64,000 nt of DNA from Escherichia coli (lineage in GTDB: Bacteria > Pseudomonadota > Gammaproteobacteria > Enterobacterales > Enterobacteriaceae), in assembly GCF_050920415.1 (NCBI RefSeq), contig NZ_CP169309.1; one strand, 5' to 3'. The position numbers and the translations under genes were made by a program. This document shows positions 1 to 13,155 of the stretch, piece after piece. The notes beneath the pieces were generated by a model, which saw nothing but the letters and a program-made list of their open reading frames with translations, was not told the origin of the DNA and made no database searches. Positions within the stretch are counted from its first letter, which is position 1. Every line of letters starts with the position of its first letter.

Positions 1-110
1 AAGGGTTAGTTGTGGCATCCTGCGGTTGATACAGCTTCATTGCCGCGATGTCCCCAGTGTCGGCCACTACGGTGGTGTACTGACGAAGGGAGGTCAATTT
101 GTCCGTCATG
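1..110 (-). CDS. talB: transaldolase B, N-terminal 36 codons only (gene continues beyond window start)
   Basis: Reverse complement of 1-110 translates [36 protein letters not shown], the TalB N-terminus as I recall it; position next to yaaJ matches K-12 synteny. Confidence 0.85.
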
Positions 111-387
111 ATAGTATTTCTCTTTAAACAGCTTGTTAGGGGGATGTAACCGGTCTGCCCTGATGATATCACGACGCAACGTCAGCGCAACCGCCGACAA
201 GACGGTTATCGCCTGGCGAGACTGTTTCGGATTTCTGACACTGCGTTGATATCGCCCGCCATTTTTATACAAAACCTCATGTATGCTACGCAGAAGTTAT
301 CAACTACCTCGTAGCGTATATACTTCTTAAACAATTGGTAACGTTTACACAGGAAAGTCATCGCGACCGGCAATAAGAGGGATATGC

Positions 388-1818
388 ATGCCAGATTTTT
401 TCTCCTTTATTAACAGCGTCCTTTGGGGATCGGTAATGATTTACCTGCTCTTCGGCGCAGGTTGTTGGTTCACTTTTCGCACCGGATTTGTGCAGTTTCG
501 CTACATCCGCCAGTTTGGCAAAAGTCTTAAAAATAGCATTCATCCACAGCCAGGCGGTTTAACCTCATTTCAGTCATTGTGTACCAGTCTTGCGGCGCGC
601 GTGGGTAGCGGCAACCTGGCTGGCGTTGCGCTGGCTATTACCGCCGGTGGACCAGGTGCCGTCTTCTGGATGTGGGTTGCCGCGTTTATCGGCATGGCGA
701 CCTCGTTTGCCGAATGTTCCCTTGCACAACTTTATAAAGAACGTGACGTTAATGGGCAGTTTCGTGGCGGACCGGCATGGTATATGGCGCGCGGGCTGGG
801 GATGCGCTGGATGGGCGTTCTGTTCGCCCTCTTTTTGCTCATCGCCTACGGCATAATTTTCAGCGGAGTTCAGGCGAACGCCGTTGCCCGAGCCCTGAGT
901 TTTTCTTTTGATTTTCCCCCGCTGGTGACAGGCATTATTCTTGCTGTCTTTGCTCTGCTGGCAATCACTCGCGGTCTTCATGGCGTCGCCCGGCTCATGC
1001 AGGGGTTTGTCCCGTTGATGGCGATAATCTGGGTACTGACCAGCCTGGTAATTTGCGTAATGAATATCGGGCAACTTCCCCACGTCATTTGGTCTATTTT
1101 TGAGAGTGCTTTTGGCTGGCAGGAAGCGGCAGGCGGCGCGGCGGGATATACCTTAAGCCAGGCGATTACTAACGGTTTTCAGCGCAGTATGTTTTCCAAT
1201 GAGGCGGGAATGGGGTCGACGCCAAACGCGGCAGCGGCAGCTGCGTCCTGGCCTCCGCATCCCGCAGCGCAAGGGATTGTCCAGATGATTGGCATTTTTA
1301 TCGACACCCTGGTCATCTGTACGGCAAGCGCCATGCTGATATTACTGGCGGGTAACGGCACAACCTACATGCCGCTGGAAGGTATTCAGCTTATCCAGAA
1401 GGCGATGCGGGTGCTAATGGGCTCCTGGGGTGCGGAGTTTGTTACCCTCGTGGTTATTCTGTTTGCCTTCAGCTCCATCGTTGCCAACTACATTTATGCC
1501 GAAAACAATCTCTTCTTCTTACGCCTGAACAACCCTAAAGCGATCTGGTGTCTGCGAATCTGCACCTTCGCAACGGTCATCGGCGGCACCTTGCTAAGTC
1601 TTCCGCTGATGTGGCAACTGGCAGATATCATAATGGCCTGCATGGCTATTACCAATTTGACCGCCATATTACTGCTCTCGCCTGTGGTTCATACCATTGC
1701 CAGTGATTATCTACGCCAGCGTAAACTCGGCGTGCGCCCGGTGTTTGATCCGTTACGTTATCCGGATATTGGTCGCCAGCTTTCTCCGGACGCGTGGGAT
1801 GATGTTTCGCAGGAGTAA
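388..1818 (+). CDS. yaaJ: alanine/glycine:cation symporter family transporter
   Basis: 476-aa ORF; hydrophobic multi-pass protein matching K-12 YaaJ in sequence, length and position. Confidence 0.95.
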   Translation: MPDFFSFINSVLWGSVMIYLLFGAGCWFTFRTGFVQFRYIRQFGKSLKNSIHPQPGGLTSFQSLCTSLAARVGSGNLAGVALAITAGGPGAVFWMWVAAFIGMATSFAECSLAQLYKERDVNGQFRGGPAWYMARGLGMRWMGVLFALFLLIAYGIIFSGVQANAVARALSFSFDFPPLVTGIILAVFALLAITRGLHGVARLMQGFVPLMAIIWVLTSLVICVMNIGQLPHVIWSIFESAFGWQEAAGGAAGYTLSQAITNGFQRSMFSNEAGMGSTPNAAAAAASWPPHPAAQGIVQMIGIFIDTLVICTASAMLILLAGNGTTYMPLEGIQLIQKAMRVLMGSWGAEFVTLVVILFAFSSIVANYIYAENNLFFLRLNNPKAIWCLRICTFATVIGGTLLSLPLMWQLADIIMACMAITNLTAILLLSPVVHTIASDYLRQRKLGVRPVFDPLRYPDIGRQLSPDAWDDVSQE

Positions 1819-1887
1819 TCACAACTATCGATCAACTCATTCCCTTTTTTTGCTAAAGTCGGCATAAATTTCCTGCAAGGACTGGAT

Positions 1888-2664
1888 ATGCTGATTCTTA
1901 TTTCACCTGCGAAAACGCTTGATTACCAAAGCCCGTTGACCACCACGCGCTATACGCTGCCGGAGCTGTTAGACAACTCCCAGCAGCTGATCCATGAAGC
2001 GCGGAAACTGACGCCTCCGCAGATTAGCACGCTGATGCGCATCAGCGACAAACTGGCGGGCATCAACGCCGCTCGCTTTCATGACTGGCAGCCAGATTTC
2101 ACGCCAGAGAATGCCCGACAGGCGATTCTGGCGTTTAAAGGTGATGTCTACACCGGCTTGCAGGCCGAAACCTTCAGCGAAGACGATTTCGATTTTGCCC
2201 AACAACATTTGCGAATGCTTTCCGGCTTGTATGGCGTACTGCGCCCGCTCGATTTAATGCAGCCTTATCGTCTGGAAATGGGGATCCGTCTTGAGAATGC
2301 CCGAGGGAAAGATCTGTATCAATTCTGGGGAGATATCATCACCAACAAGCTGAACGAGGCGCTCGCAGCACAAGGCGATAATGTGGTGATTAATCTGGCG
2401 TCAGATGAGTATTTTAAATCGGTGAAGCCGAAGAAATTGAATGCCGAGATTATCAAGCCAGTGTTCCTCGATGAGAAGAACGGCAAATTTAAGATAATCA
2501 GCTTCTACGCTAAGAAAGCACGCGGTCTGATGAGTCGTTTCATTATTGAAAATCGGCTGACCAAACCAGAGCAACTGACTGGTTTTAATAGCGAAGGTTA
2601 CTTCTTTGATGAAGCTTCCTCCAGCAACGGCGAACTGGTGTTTAAACGCTACGAGCAGCGTTAA
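1888..2664 (+). CDS. yaaA: peroxide stress resistance protein YaaA (UPF0246/DUF328)
   Basis: 258-aa ORF matching K-12 YaaA; synteny with yaaJ. Confidence 0.95.
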   Translation: MLILISPAKTLDYQSPLTTTRYTLPELLDNSQQLIHEARKLTPPQISTLMRISDKLAGINAARFHDWQPDFTPENARQAILAFKGDVYTGLQAETFSEDDFDFAQQHLRMLSGLYGVLRPLDLMQPYRLEMGIRLENARGKDLYQFWGDIITNKLNEALAAQGDNVVINLASDEYFKSVKPKKLNAEIIKPVFLDEKNGKFKIISFYAKKARGLMSRFIIENRLTKPEQLTGFNSEGYFFDEASSSNGELVFKRYEQR

Positions 2665-2677
2665 GTTTGCAGTAAAT

Positions 2678-2711
2678 GCCGGATGCGGCATGAACGCCTT
2701 ATCCGGCCTAC
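2678..2711. repeat. REP (repetitive extragenic palindrome) downstream of yaaA
   Basis: gccggatgcggcatgaacgccttatccggcctac; imperfect palindrome of the GCCGGATG...CATCCGGC REP type. Confidence 0.6.
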
Positions 2712-2745
2712 AAAAGCATGCAGATTCAATATATTGCAGAATTAA

Positions 2746-4062
<1,317 letters not shown>

Positions 4063-4094
4063 TGAATGCCGGATTGTTACCCGGCATTTGTCAT

Positions 4095-4391
4095 TTAGCG
4101 GTGATGTTTGCCTGGACCATGACCGCCGTGATGATCATGAGGAGCTTTCTTATGGTGGCGCGGCGGTGGCGGTGGTCCGTGTGGGTGCCAGCGATTGCCT
4201 CGCCATTCATAATGTTGTTTCCACCAGCCGTGGTCGCGCCAGTGACCGCCATCCCAGTAATAGCCACGATTATCACGATCGCCTATCTGTAATTTTACTG
4301 ACGGGACTAACGTAATTTCCGCAGCCTGTGCTGCCATGGGAGCGACCAGAACCAGGGAAAGTGCGAGTACGATAGATTGCATCTTTTTCAC
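4095..4391 (-). CDS. yaaX: DUF2502 family putative periplasmic protein YaaX
   Basis: 98-aa ORF with signal peptide and His/Gly/Pro/Trp-rich C-terminus, matching K-12 YaaX; synteny next to thrC. Confidence 0.9.
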   Translation of the reverse strand: MKKMQSIVLALSLVLVAPMAAQAAEITLVPSVKLQIGDRDNRGYYWDGGHWRDHGWWKQHYEWRGNRWHPHGPPPPPRHHKKAPHDHHGGHGPGKHHR

Positions 4392-4548
4392 AGGTTACTC
4401 CTTTTATCATTGCCCGTTATGGGTCGATATCCGGAGATTACGCGATGAGAACGGCGGTTGTTATTCTCCGCAATCCTAATCTCTAAGTTACCGCATTTAT
4501 TGAGAATTCCTCCTTTTTTCCTGTCGTTTTTCTCCATATTTTCTTCAT

Positions 4549-4581
4549 AAAAAAGCCGGGCTGTATAAAAGCAAACCCGGC
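4549..4581 (-). terminator. intrinsic terminator downstream of thrC (thr operon terminator)
   Basis: On the minus strand a GC-rich hairpin (aggccgggtttgc...gcccggct) followed by a T run, just after the thrC stop. Confidence 0.6.
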
Positions 4582-4604
4582 CTGATTGAGATAATGAATA
4601 GATG

Positions 4605-5891
4605 TTACTGATGATTCATCATCAATTTACGCAACGCAGCAAAATCGGCGGGCAGATTATGCGAAAGCAAGGGTAAATCAGCACGTTCTGCCAGCTCTTT
4701 TGGCAGATCCAATGTTTCACCGAGAATCGCCTCCACGCTCTCTTTAAATTTCGCCGGATGCGCGGTGCCGAGGAACAGGCCATATTCGCCTGGATGCAAC
4801 TGGTCGCGCAGCGCACGATAAGCTACGGCAGCGTGCGGCTCCGAGGTATAGCCCAGCGCTTTTAACTCACGCATTGTCTGTTGCGTGGTTTCATCATCCA
4901 CGGCTGCATAGCCCAGCTCTTTCAGTTGCCAGATTTTGCGGCGGAATAACTCCTCCACACGCGGCCAGTTGTTCGGCTGACTCACGTCCATCGCATTGGA
5001 TAATGTCGCCTGAGTCGCTTTAGGGGACCACTGCCCGTCGTGCAAGAAACGCGGCACGGTATCGTTCACGTTAGTGGCAGCGATAAAACGCTTCACCGGC
5101 AGGCCAAGAGATTTCGCCAGCAGGCCCGCAGTCAAATCGCCGAAGTTACCGCTCGGCACCGAGACAACCAGCTGGTTGCGCGCTTCCTGCGGCAGCTGCG
5201 CAACAGCTTCAAAGTAGTAGCAAATCTGCGCCAGTAAACGACTGATGTTAATGGAGTTAGCAGAGTTCAGCCCCAAAGCCACTTTCAGTTCTTCATCATC
5301 AAACGCCTGCTTTACCAGCGCCTGACAGGCATCAAAATCGCCGTCAATGGCAATAGTTTCAATATTGCCACCCAACGTACAGAACAGTTTTTCTTGCAGT
5401 GGACTGATTTTGCCTCGTGGATAGAGGATAACCACTTTCACATTCGGTAAACCGTAGAAAGCATGAGCCACTGCCGCTCCAGTATCACCGGAGGTCGCGG
5501 TCAGAATGGTCACTGGCTTATCGCCCGCAATATGGGTCAGCATTTGTGCCATAAAGCGACCGCCGAAATCTTTAAATGCCAGCGTTGGCCCGTGAAACAA
5601 CTCCAGACAACCGACATCGCTTTCAACATTGGCGACCGGAGCCGGGAAGGCAAACGCCGCGCATACGCGCTCTTCCAGTATTTCCTGCGGGATTTCATCA
5701 CCAATAAACGCCGAGAGGATCTTCGCACTGCGGGTGACAAAATCCAGCTTCAGCATCTCATCAATTTCAGTCAGGCTGAATTCCGGTAGGTCGTGCGGAA
5801 AAAACAGCCCCTGATTTTTGCCCAACCCCTGAGTTACGGCTTGCGCAAAGCTGACCTGTTCGTTGTGATCTTTCAGATTGTAGAGTTTCAT
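4605..5891 (-). CDS. thrC: threonine synthase
   Basis: 428-aa ORF matching K-12 ThrC. Confidence 0.97.
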   Translation of the reverse strand: MKLYNLKDHNEQVSFAQAVTQGLGKNQGLFFPHDLPEFSLTEIDEMLKLDFVTRSAKILSAFIGDEIPQEILEERVCAAFAFPAPVANVESDVGCLELFHGPTLAFKDFGGRFMAQMLTHIAGDKPVTILTATSGDTGAAVAHAFYGLPNVKVVILYPRGKISPLQEKLFCTLGGNIETIAIDGDFDACQALVKQAFDDEELKVALGLNSANSINISRLLAQICYYFEAVAQLPQEARNQLVVSVPSGNFGDLTAGLLAKSLGLPVKRFIAATNVNDTVPRFLHDGQWSPKATQATLSNAMDVSQPNNWPRVEELFRRKIWQLKELGYAAVDDETTQQTMRELKALGYTSEPHAAVAYRALRDQLHPGEYGLFLGTAHPAKFKESVEAILGETLDLPKELAERADLPLLSHNLPADFAALRKLMMNHQ

Positions 5892-6824
5892 TTAGTTTTC
5901 CAGTACTCGTGCGCCCGCCGTATCCAGCCGGCAAATATGAACAAAACCTTCCTGATTTTGCAGGTAGTTCTTACCCAACCAGTCGGCAACGCGCTGGGCG
6001 GTATCCGGCTTGTCACACAGAGCGAACAAAGTCGGGCCGGAGCCGGAGATACCGCTCGCTACCGCGCCGATTTCCGCGACCGCCTGCCGCGCCTGCCGGA
6101 AGCCTGGCAGTAACCGTTCACGGTAGGGTTCAGCGATAACATCTTTCATCAGCTTCGCGGCAAGCTCAGGCTGACGGGAATAGCAGGCGTGAATGAAGCC
6201 TGCCAGATGTCGCCCGTGCGCAATGCAATCCTGGCGACGATACTGTGCCGGTAAAATAGCCCGGGCTTCTGCCGTCGAGACTTTAATCCCCGGATATGCC
6301 AGCACCCACAGCCACTCATCAAACCCCGGCACTTGCTGGCTGATGATGTCGTTTTCTTCGATCATCAACTGCATACCACCAAGAAAACACGGTGCCACGT
6401 TGTCGTAATGAATGCTGCCGGAGATACGCCCTTCCAGCTCGCCCATCAAAGCCAGCAAACGGGTGTCATTAAGCGGCTTGCCGCAATGTTCATTCATCGC
6501 CATCAGCGCCGCCACCACCGAACAAGCGCTGGAGCCTAAACCCGAACCGATCGGCATATTCTTTTCCAGCGTCATTGCCACTGGAATTTGCTTGCCCAGC
6601 TCCTGGCAAAAACGCTCCCAGCACTGATAAACGATATTTTCCCGTGGTTCTGACGGCAGCTTATCGGCAAAACGTCCGAGATTGTTGAGACTGAATGTCT
6701 CTGCCGCCTCAACCGTTACTACATCTCCGAGCAATGCACCATCAACAGGTGTCACCGCCGCCCCGAGCACATCAAACCCGACGCTCATATTGGCACTGGA
6801 AGCCGGGGCATAAACTTTAACCAT
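5892..6824 (-). CDS. thrB: homoserine kinase
   Basis: 310-aa ORF matching K-12 ThrB; directly follows thrA. Confidence 0.97.
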
Positions 6825-6825
6825 G

Positions 6826-9288
6826 TCAGACTCCTAACTTCCATGAGAGGGTACGTAGCAGATCGGCAAAGACACCAGCAGCTGTAACGTCATTGCCCGC
6901 GCCATATCCGCGCAGAACCAACGGCAGCGGCTGATAATAGTGGCTATAGAAGGCCAGGGCGTTTTCGCCATTTTTCACTTTGAACAGCGGATCATTGCCA
7001 TCCACTTCGGCAATCTTCACGCGGCAGATGCCATCTTCATCAATATTGCCAACATAGCGCAAAACTTTGCCCTCATCACGAGCCTTCGCCACGCGTGCGG
7101 CAAAGAGATCGTCGAGCTGTGAAAGATTCGCCATAAAAGCTGCAACATCACCCTCTGCGTTAAACTCTGCGGGCAGCACAGGTTCAATTTCAATATCCGC
7201 CAGTTCCAGTTCACGTCCCGTTTCACGGGCGAGGATCAATAGCTTACGCGCCACATCCATACCAGAAAGATCATCTCGCGGGTCCGGTTCGGTATAACCC
7301 ATTTCCCGCGCCAGCGTGGTCGCCTCGGAGAAACTCATGCCTTCGTCTAACTTGCCGAAGATATAAGAAAGCGAACCGGAAAGAATGCCGGAGAACTTCA
7401 TTAATTCATCACCTGCGTTGAGCAGATTTTGCAGGTTCTCAATAACCGGTAATCCAGCCCCAACGTTAGTGTCATAGAGGAATTTACGCCGCGATTTTTC
7501 CGCCGCATAACGCAACTGATGGTAGTAATCCATCGACGAGGTGTTGGCCTTTTTGTTTGGCGTAACCACGTGGAAACCTTCGCGCAGGAAGTCAGCATAC
7601 TGATCCGCCACCGCCTGGCTGGAGGTACAGTCGACAATCACCGGATTCAGCAAATGATATTCTTTCACCAGGCGAATTAAGCGCCCGAGGTTAAACGGCT
7701 CTTTGGCTTGCGCCAGTTCTTCCTGCCAGTTCTCCAGATTAAGGCCATGCACATTGGTGAGCAGAGCCTTTGAGTTGGCAACGCCGCAGACACGTAAGTC
7801 GATATGTTTATTCTTCAGCCAGCTTTGCTGACGCTTCAGTTGCTCCAGCAGCGCACCGCCAACGCCACCGACACCAATTACAAACACTTCGATAACCTGA
7901 TCGGTATTGAACAGCATCTGATGAGTAACGCGCACACCAGTGGTCGCATCATCGTTATTTACCACGACAGAGATTGAGCGTTCAGAAGATCCCTGAGCAA
8001 TGGCGACAATGTTGATATTGGCGCGGGCCAGCGCGGCAAAGAATTTCGCCGAGATCCCACGCAAGGTGCGCATACCATCACCTACCACCGAGATAATGGC
8101 TAGCCGTTCCGTCACCGCCAGCGGCTCCAGCAAGCCTTCCTTCAGTTCAAGATAGAACTCTTCCTGCATCGCCCGTTCAGCTCGCACACAGTCGCTTTGT
8201 GGAACGCAGAAACTGATACTGTATTCAGAAGACGATTGCGTAATCAGCACCACTGAAATGCGAGCGCGTGACATCGCTGCAAAGACGCGCGCCGCCATGC
8301 CGACCATTCCTTTCATCCCCGGGCCGGAAACACTGAACATTGCCATATTATTCAGATTGGAAATGCCCTTGACCGGTAATTCGTCTTCATCACGGCTGGC
8401 GCCAATGAGCGTACCTGGTGCTTGAGGATTTCCGGTGTTTTTAATCAGGCAAGGGATCTGGAACTGAGCGATGGGGGTAATGGTGCGGGGGTGAAGAACT
8501 TTAGCGCCGAAGTAGGAAAGCTCCATCGCTTCCTGATAGGACATCGACTTCAACAACCTCGCATCGGGCACCTGACGCGGGTCGCAGGTATAGACCCCGT
8601 CAACGTCCGTCCAGATCTCGCAACAATCGGCGCGTAAACAGGCAGCCAGTACCGCGGCGGAGTAGTCGGAACCGTTACGTCCAAGCACCACCAGTTCGCC
8701 TTTTTCATTACCGGCGGTGAAACCTGCCATCAGCACCATGTGGTCAGCCGGAATGCGGCTTGCCGCAATACGGCGGGTGGACTCAGCAATATCGACGGTA
8801 GATTCGAGGTAATGACCGACTGCCAGCAGTTTTTCGACCGGATCGATTACGGTAACGTTGTGACCACGCGCTTCTAACACGCCGGCCATAATGGCGATCG
8901 ACATTTTCTCGCCACGGCAAATCAGTGCCGCGTTGATGCTATCCGGGCACTGCCCTAACAAACTAATACCATGCAGGACATGTTTAATTTGGGCAAATTC
9001 CTGGTCGACGAAAGTTTTCAGCTGCGCCAGCGGGAATCCCGGCTGAGCGGCGGCGAGTCCCGTCAGAAGTTCGGCAAAAATACGTTCGGCATCGCTGATA
9101 TTGGGTAAAGCATCCTGGCCGCTAATGGTTTTTTCAATCATCGCCACCAGGTGGTTGGTGATTTTGGCGGGGGCAGAGAGGACGGTGGCCACCTGCCCCT
9201 GCCTGGCATTGCTTTCCAGAATATCGGCAACCCGCAGAAAACGTTCTGCATTTGCCACTGATGTACCGCCGAACTTCAACACTCGCAT
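6826..9288 (-). CDS. thrA: bifunctional aspartokinase I / homoserine dehydrogenase I
   Basis: ORF 6826-9330 contains the 820-aa ThrA starting [20 protein letters not shown] at the ATG at 9288; the upstream 14 codons of the ORF-track call run through the attenuator and are not coding. Confidence 0.97.
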
Positions 9289-9314
9289 GGTTGTTACCTC
9301 GTTACCTTTGGTCG

Positions 9315-9350
9315 AAAAAAAAGCCCGCACTGTCAGGTGCGGGCTTTTTT
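9315..9350 (-). terminator. thr operon attenuator (leader terminator)
   Basis: Minus strand reads aaaaaagcccgcacctgacagtgcgggc followed by an 8-T run, immediately downstream of thrL and upstream of thrA. Confidence 0.85.
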
Positions 9351-9368
9351 CTGTGTTTCCTGTACGCG

Positions 9369-9437
<69 letters not shown>

Positions 9438-9647
9438 TGTTGTGTACTCTGTAATTTTTATCTGTCTGTGCGCTATGCCTATATTGGTTAAAGTATTTAG
9501 TGACCTAAGTCAATAAAATTTTAATTTACTCACGGCAGGTAACCAGTTCAGAAGCTGCTGTCAGAGACACTTTTTTTAATCCACACAGAGACATATTGCC
9601 CGTTGCAGTCAGAATGAAAAGCTGAAAAATACTTACTAAGGCGTTTT

Positions 9648-10334
9648 TTATTTGGTGATATTTTTTTCAATATCATGCAGCAAACGATGCAACATTGCCG
9701 TGTCTCGTTGCTCTAAAAGCCCCAGCCGTTGTTGTAACCAGTCGACCAGTTTTGTGTCATCTGCCACTGCCAGGGTCGTCAGCAATGACATGGCTCGTTC
9801 GCGTAAAGCTTGCAGTTGATGTTGGTCTGCCGTTGTGTCACTTTTGGCCGGTTGTTGTATTAATGTTGCTAATTGATAGCAATAAACCATCACCGCCTGC
9901 CCCAGATTGAGCGAAGGATAATCTGCCACCATCGGCACACCAGTAAGAACGTCAGCCAAGGCTAACTCTTCGTTAGTCAGCCCGGAATCTTCGCGACCAA
10001 ACACCAGCGCTGCATGGCTCATCCACGAGGATTTTTCCTCTAACAGCGGCACCAGTTCCACCGGAGTGGCGTAGTAATGATATTTCGCCCGACTGCGTGC
10101 AGTGGTGGCGACAGTGAAGTCGACATCGTGTAACGATTCAGCCAGAGTTGGGAAAACTTTAATATTATCAATAATATCACCAGATCCATGTGCGACCCAG
10201 CGGGTAGCTGGCTCCAGGTGTGCCTGACTATCGACAATTCGCAGCTCGCTAAACCCCATCGTTTTCATTGCCCGCGCCGCTGCCCCAATATTTTCTGCTC
10301 TGGCGGGTGCGACCAGAATAATCGTTATACGCAT
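9648..10334 (-). CDS. lasT: SpoU-family RNA 2'-O-methyltransferase LasT (YjtD)
   Basis: 228-aa ORF matching K-12 YjtD/LasT; last gene before the K-12 coordinate origin. Confidence 0.9.
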   Translation of the reverse strand: MRITIILVAPARAENIGAAARAMKTMGFSELRIVDSQAHLEPATRWVAHGSGDIIDNIKVFPTLAESLHDVDFTVATTARSRAKYHYYATPVELVPLLEEKSSWMSHAALVFGREDSGLTNEELALADVLTGVPMVADYPSLNLGQAVMVYCYQLATLIQQPAKSDTTADQHQLQALRERAMSLLTTLAVADDTKLVDWLQQRLGLLEQRDTAMLHRLLHDIEKNITK

Positions 10335-10733
10335 ATTGCCACTCTTCTTGACCTAATAACCGCGCACAGGGTGATCATTGTCAACTTATTACGCGGATCG
10401 AATTTACAAACTCTTAACGTAAGTCGCAGAAAAAGCCCTTCACTTAGCTTAAAAAAGACTAAACTATTTCCTGACTGTACTAATGGTTGAATTGTTAAAA
10501 AATGCTACATATCCTTCTGTTTACTTAGGATAATTTTATAAAAAATAAATCTCGACAATTGGATTCACCACGTTTATTAGTTGTATGATGCAACTAGTTG
10601 GATTATTAAAATAATGTGACGAAAGCTAGCATTTAGATACGATGATTTCATCAAACTGTTAACGTGCTACAATTGAACTTGATATATGTCAACGAAGCGT
10701 AGTTTTATTGGGTGTCCGGCCCCTCTTAGCCTG

Positions 10734-10874
10734 TTATGTTGCTGTTAAAATGGTTAGGATGACAGCCGTTTTTGACACTGTCGGGTCCTGAGGGAAAGTA
10801 CCCACGACCAAGCTAATGATGTTGTTGACGTTGATGGAAAGTGCATCAAGAACGCAATTACGTACTTTAGTCAT
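10734..10874 (-). CDS. yjjY: small protein YjjY
   Basis: Reverse complement encodes MTKVRNCVLDALSINVNNIISLVVGTFPQDPTVSKTAVILTILTAT (46 aa), matching my recollection of K-12 YjjY between arcA and lasT; below the ORF-track cutoff. Confidence 0.6.
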   Translation of the reverse strand: MTKVRNCVLDALSINVNNIISLVVGTFPQDPTVSKTAVILTILTAT

Positions 10875-10969
10875 GTTACGCCGATCATGTTAATTTGCAG
10901 CATGCATCAGGCAGGTCAGGGACTTTTGTACTTCCTGTTTCGATTTAGTTGGCAATTTAGGTAGCAAAC

Positions 10970-11686
10970 ATGCAGACCCCGCACATTCTTATCGTTGAAG
11001 ACGAGTTGGTAACACGCAACACGTTGAAAAGTATTTTCGAAGCGGAAGGCTATGATGTTTTCGAAGCGACAGATGGCGCGGAAATGCATCAGATCCTCTC
11101 TGAATATGACATCAACCTGGTGATCATGGATATCAATCTGCCGGGTAAGAACGGTCTTCTGTTAGCGCGTGAACTGCGCGAGCAGGCGAATGTTGCGTTG
11201 ATGTTCCTGACTGGCCGTGACAACGAAGTCGATAAAATTCTCGGCCTCGAAATCGGTGCAGATGACTACATCACCAAACCGTTCAACCCGCGTGAACTGA
11301 CTATTCGTGCACGCAACCTGCTGTCTCGTACCATGAATCTGGGTACTGTCAGCGAAGAACGTCGTAGCGTTGAAAGCTACAAGTTCAATGGTTGGGAACT
11401 GGACATCAACAGCCGTTCGCTGATCGGCCCTGATGGCGAGCAGTACAAGCTGCCGCGCAGCGAGTTCCGCGCCATGCTTCACTTCTGTGAAAACCCAGGC
11501 AAAATTCAGTCCCGTGCTGAACTGCTGAAGAAAATGACCGGCCGTGAGCTGAAACCGCACGACCGTACTGTAGACGTGACGATCCGCCGTATTCGTAAAC
11601 ATTTCGAATCTACGCCGGATACGCCGGAAATCATCGCCACCATTCACGGTGAAGGTTATCGCTTCTGCGGTGATCTGGAAGATTAA
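10970..11686 (+). CDS. arcA: aerobic respiration control response regulator ArcA
   Basis: 238-aa OmpR-family response regulator matching K-12 ArcA. Confidence 0.97.
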
Positions 11687-11745
11687 TCGGCTTTACCACC
11701 GTCAAAAAAAACGGCGCTTTTTAGCGCCGTTTTTATTTTTCAACC

Positions 11746-13098
11746 TTATTTCCAGATACGTAACTCATCGTCCGTTGTAACTTCTTTACTGGCTTTCATT
11801 TTCGGCAGTGAAAACGCATACCAGTCGATATTACGGGTCACAAACATCATGCCGGCCAGCGCCACCACCAGCACACTGGTTCCCAACAACAGCGCGCTAT
11901 CGGCAGAGTTGAGCAGTCCCCACATCACACCATCCAGCAACAACAGCGCGAGGGTAAACAACATGCTGTTGCGCCAGCCTTTCAATACCGCCTGCAAATA
12001 AATACCGTTCATTAACGCCCCAATCAGACTGGCGATTATCCATGCCACGGTAAAACCGGTATGTTCAGAAAGCGCCAGCAAGAGCAAATAAAACATCACC
12101 AATGAAAGCCCCACCAGCAAATATTGCATTGGGTGTAAACGTTGCGCGGTGAGCGTTTCAAAAACAAAGAACGCCATAAAAGTCAGTGCAATCAGCAAAA
12201 TAGCGTACTTAGTCGCCCGATCCGTTAATTGGTATTGATCGGCTGGCGTCGTCACTGCGACGCTAAACGCCGGGAAGTTTTCCCAGCCGGTATCATTACC
12301 TGAAGCAAAACGCTCACCGAGATTATTAGCAAACCAGCTGCTTTGCCATTGCGCCTGAAAACCAGACTCGCTGACTTCCCGTTTGGCTGGCAGAAAATCA
12401 CCTAAAAAACTGGGATGCGGCCAGTTGCTGGTTAAGGTCATTTCGCTATTACGCCCGGCAGGCACCACAGAAAGATTGCCGGTACCGCTTAAATTCAGCG
12501 CCATATTCAGCTTCAGGTTCTGCTTCCGCCAGTCCCCTTCGGGTAAAGGGATATGCACGCCCTGCCCGCCTTGATCTAACCCGGTACCGGGTTCAATGGT
12601 CAGCGCCGTTCCGTTAACGTCAGGTGCTTTCACCACACCTATACCACGCGCATCCCCGACGCCAATCACAATAAATGGCTTGCCTAAGGTGATATTTGGC
12701 GCATTGAGTTTGCTAAGACGCGAAACATCAAAATCGGCTTTTAGCGTTAAATCACTATGCCAGACCTGACCGGTATAAATCCCAATCTTGCGTTCTTCCA
12801 CGTTCTGATTGCCATCAACCATCAATGACTCAGGTAACCAAAAATGGATAAAACTTCGTTTCCGCTCCACGGTTTTATCCTCTTCCTGCACCGTATAAAG
12901 CTCGGTCACAGGAATAGCGATGAGCGGTCCAACAAGTTTCTGCGGCCCGCTGGTACTTTGCCGAATCGCATCTTCCACATCGCTACGATAATCGGCACGT
13001 TCGACAATCACCTGCCGAATCAGCATTATCGGAATCAACAACAGCAATACTGCAGCAAACAGGGTGGTCATTTTCCAGAACAGGGGGGATTTCAACAT
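11746..13098 (-). CDS. creD: inner membrane protein CreD
   Basis: 450-aa membrane protein matching K-12 CreD; end of the creABCD operon. Confidence 0.95.
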   Translation of the reverse strand: MLKSPLFWKMTTLFAAVLLLLIPIMLIRQVIVERADYRSDVEDAIRQSTSGPQKLVGPLIAIPVTELYTVQEEDKTVERKRSFIHFWLPESLMVDGNQNVEERKIGIYTGQVWHSDLTLKADFDVSRLSKLNAPNITLGKPFIVIGVGDARGIGVVKAPDVNGTALTIEPGTGLDQGGQGVHIPLPEGDWRKQNLKLNMALNLSGTGNLSVVPAGRNSEMTLTSNWPHPSFLGDFLPAKREVSESGFQAQWQSSWFANNLGERFASGNDTGWENFPAFSVAVTTPADQYQLTDRATKYAILLIALTFMAFFVFETLTAQRLHPMQYLLVGLSLVMFYLLLLALSEHTGFTVAWIIASLIGALMNGIYLQAVLKGWRNSMLFTLALLLLDGVMWGLLNSADSALLLGTSVLVVALAGMMFVTRNIDWYAFSLPKMKASKEVTTDDELRIWK

Positions 13099-13155
13099 AG
13101 TCTTCTCCTTTGCAATGACCGCAGGTTACAAAGGCTATGTGGGAAGAATTTGAAG

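Noticed and set aside
574-1083. 169-aa minus-strand ORF antisense to yaaJ
   Set aside because: Lies entirely inside the well-supported yaaJ coding sequence on the opposite strand; composition is a mirror of GC-rich codons; no ribosome-binding site; no recognisable protein.
4074-4315. Several 61-75-aa ORFs overlapping yaaX in other frames
   Set aside because: Alternative-frame readings of the repetitive His/Gly/Pro-rich yaaX sequence; yaaX itself has the signal peptide and the K-12 match.
9289-9330. 14-codon N-terminal extension of thrA in the ORF-track call (start at 9330)
   Set aside because: The extension runs through the attenuator hairpin and T tract; the conserved ThrA start MRVLKFGG is the ATG at 9288.
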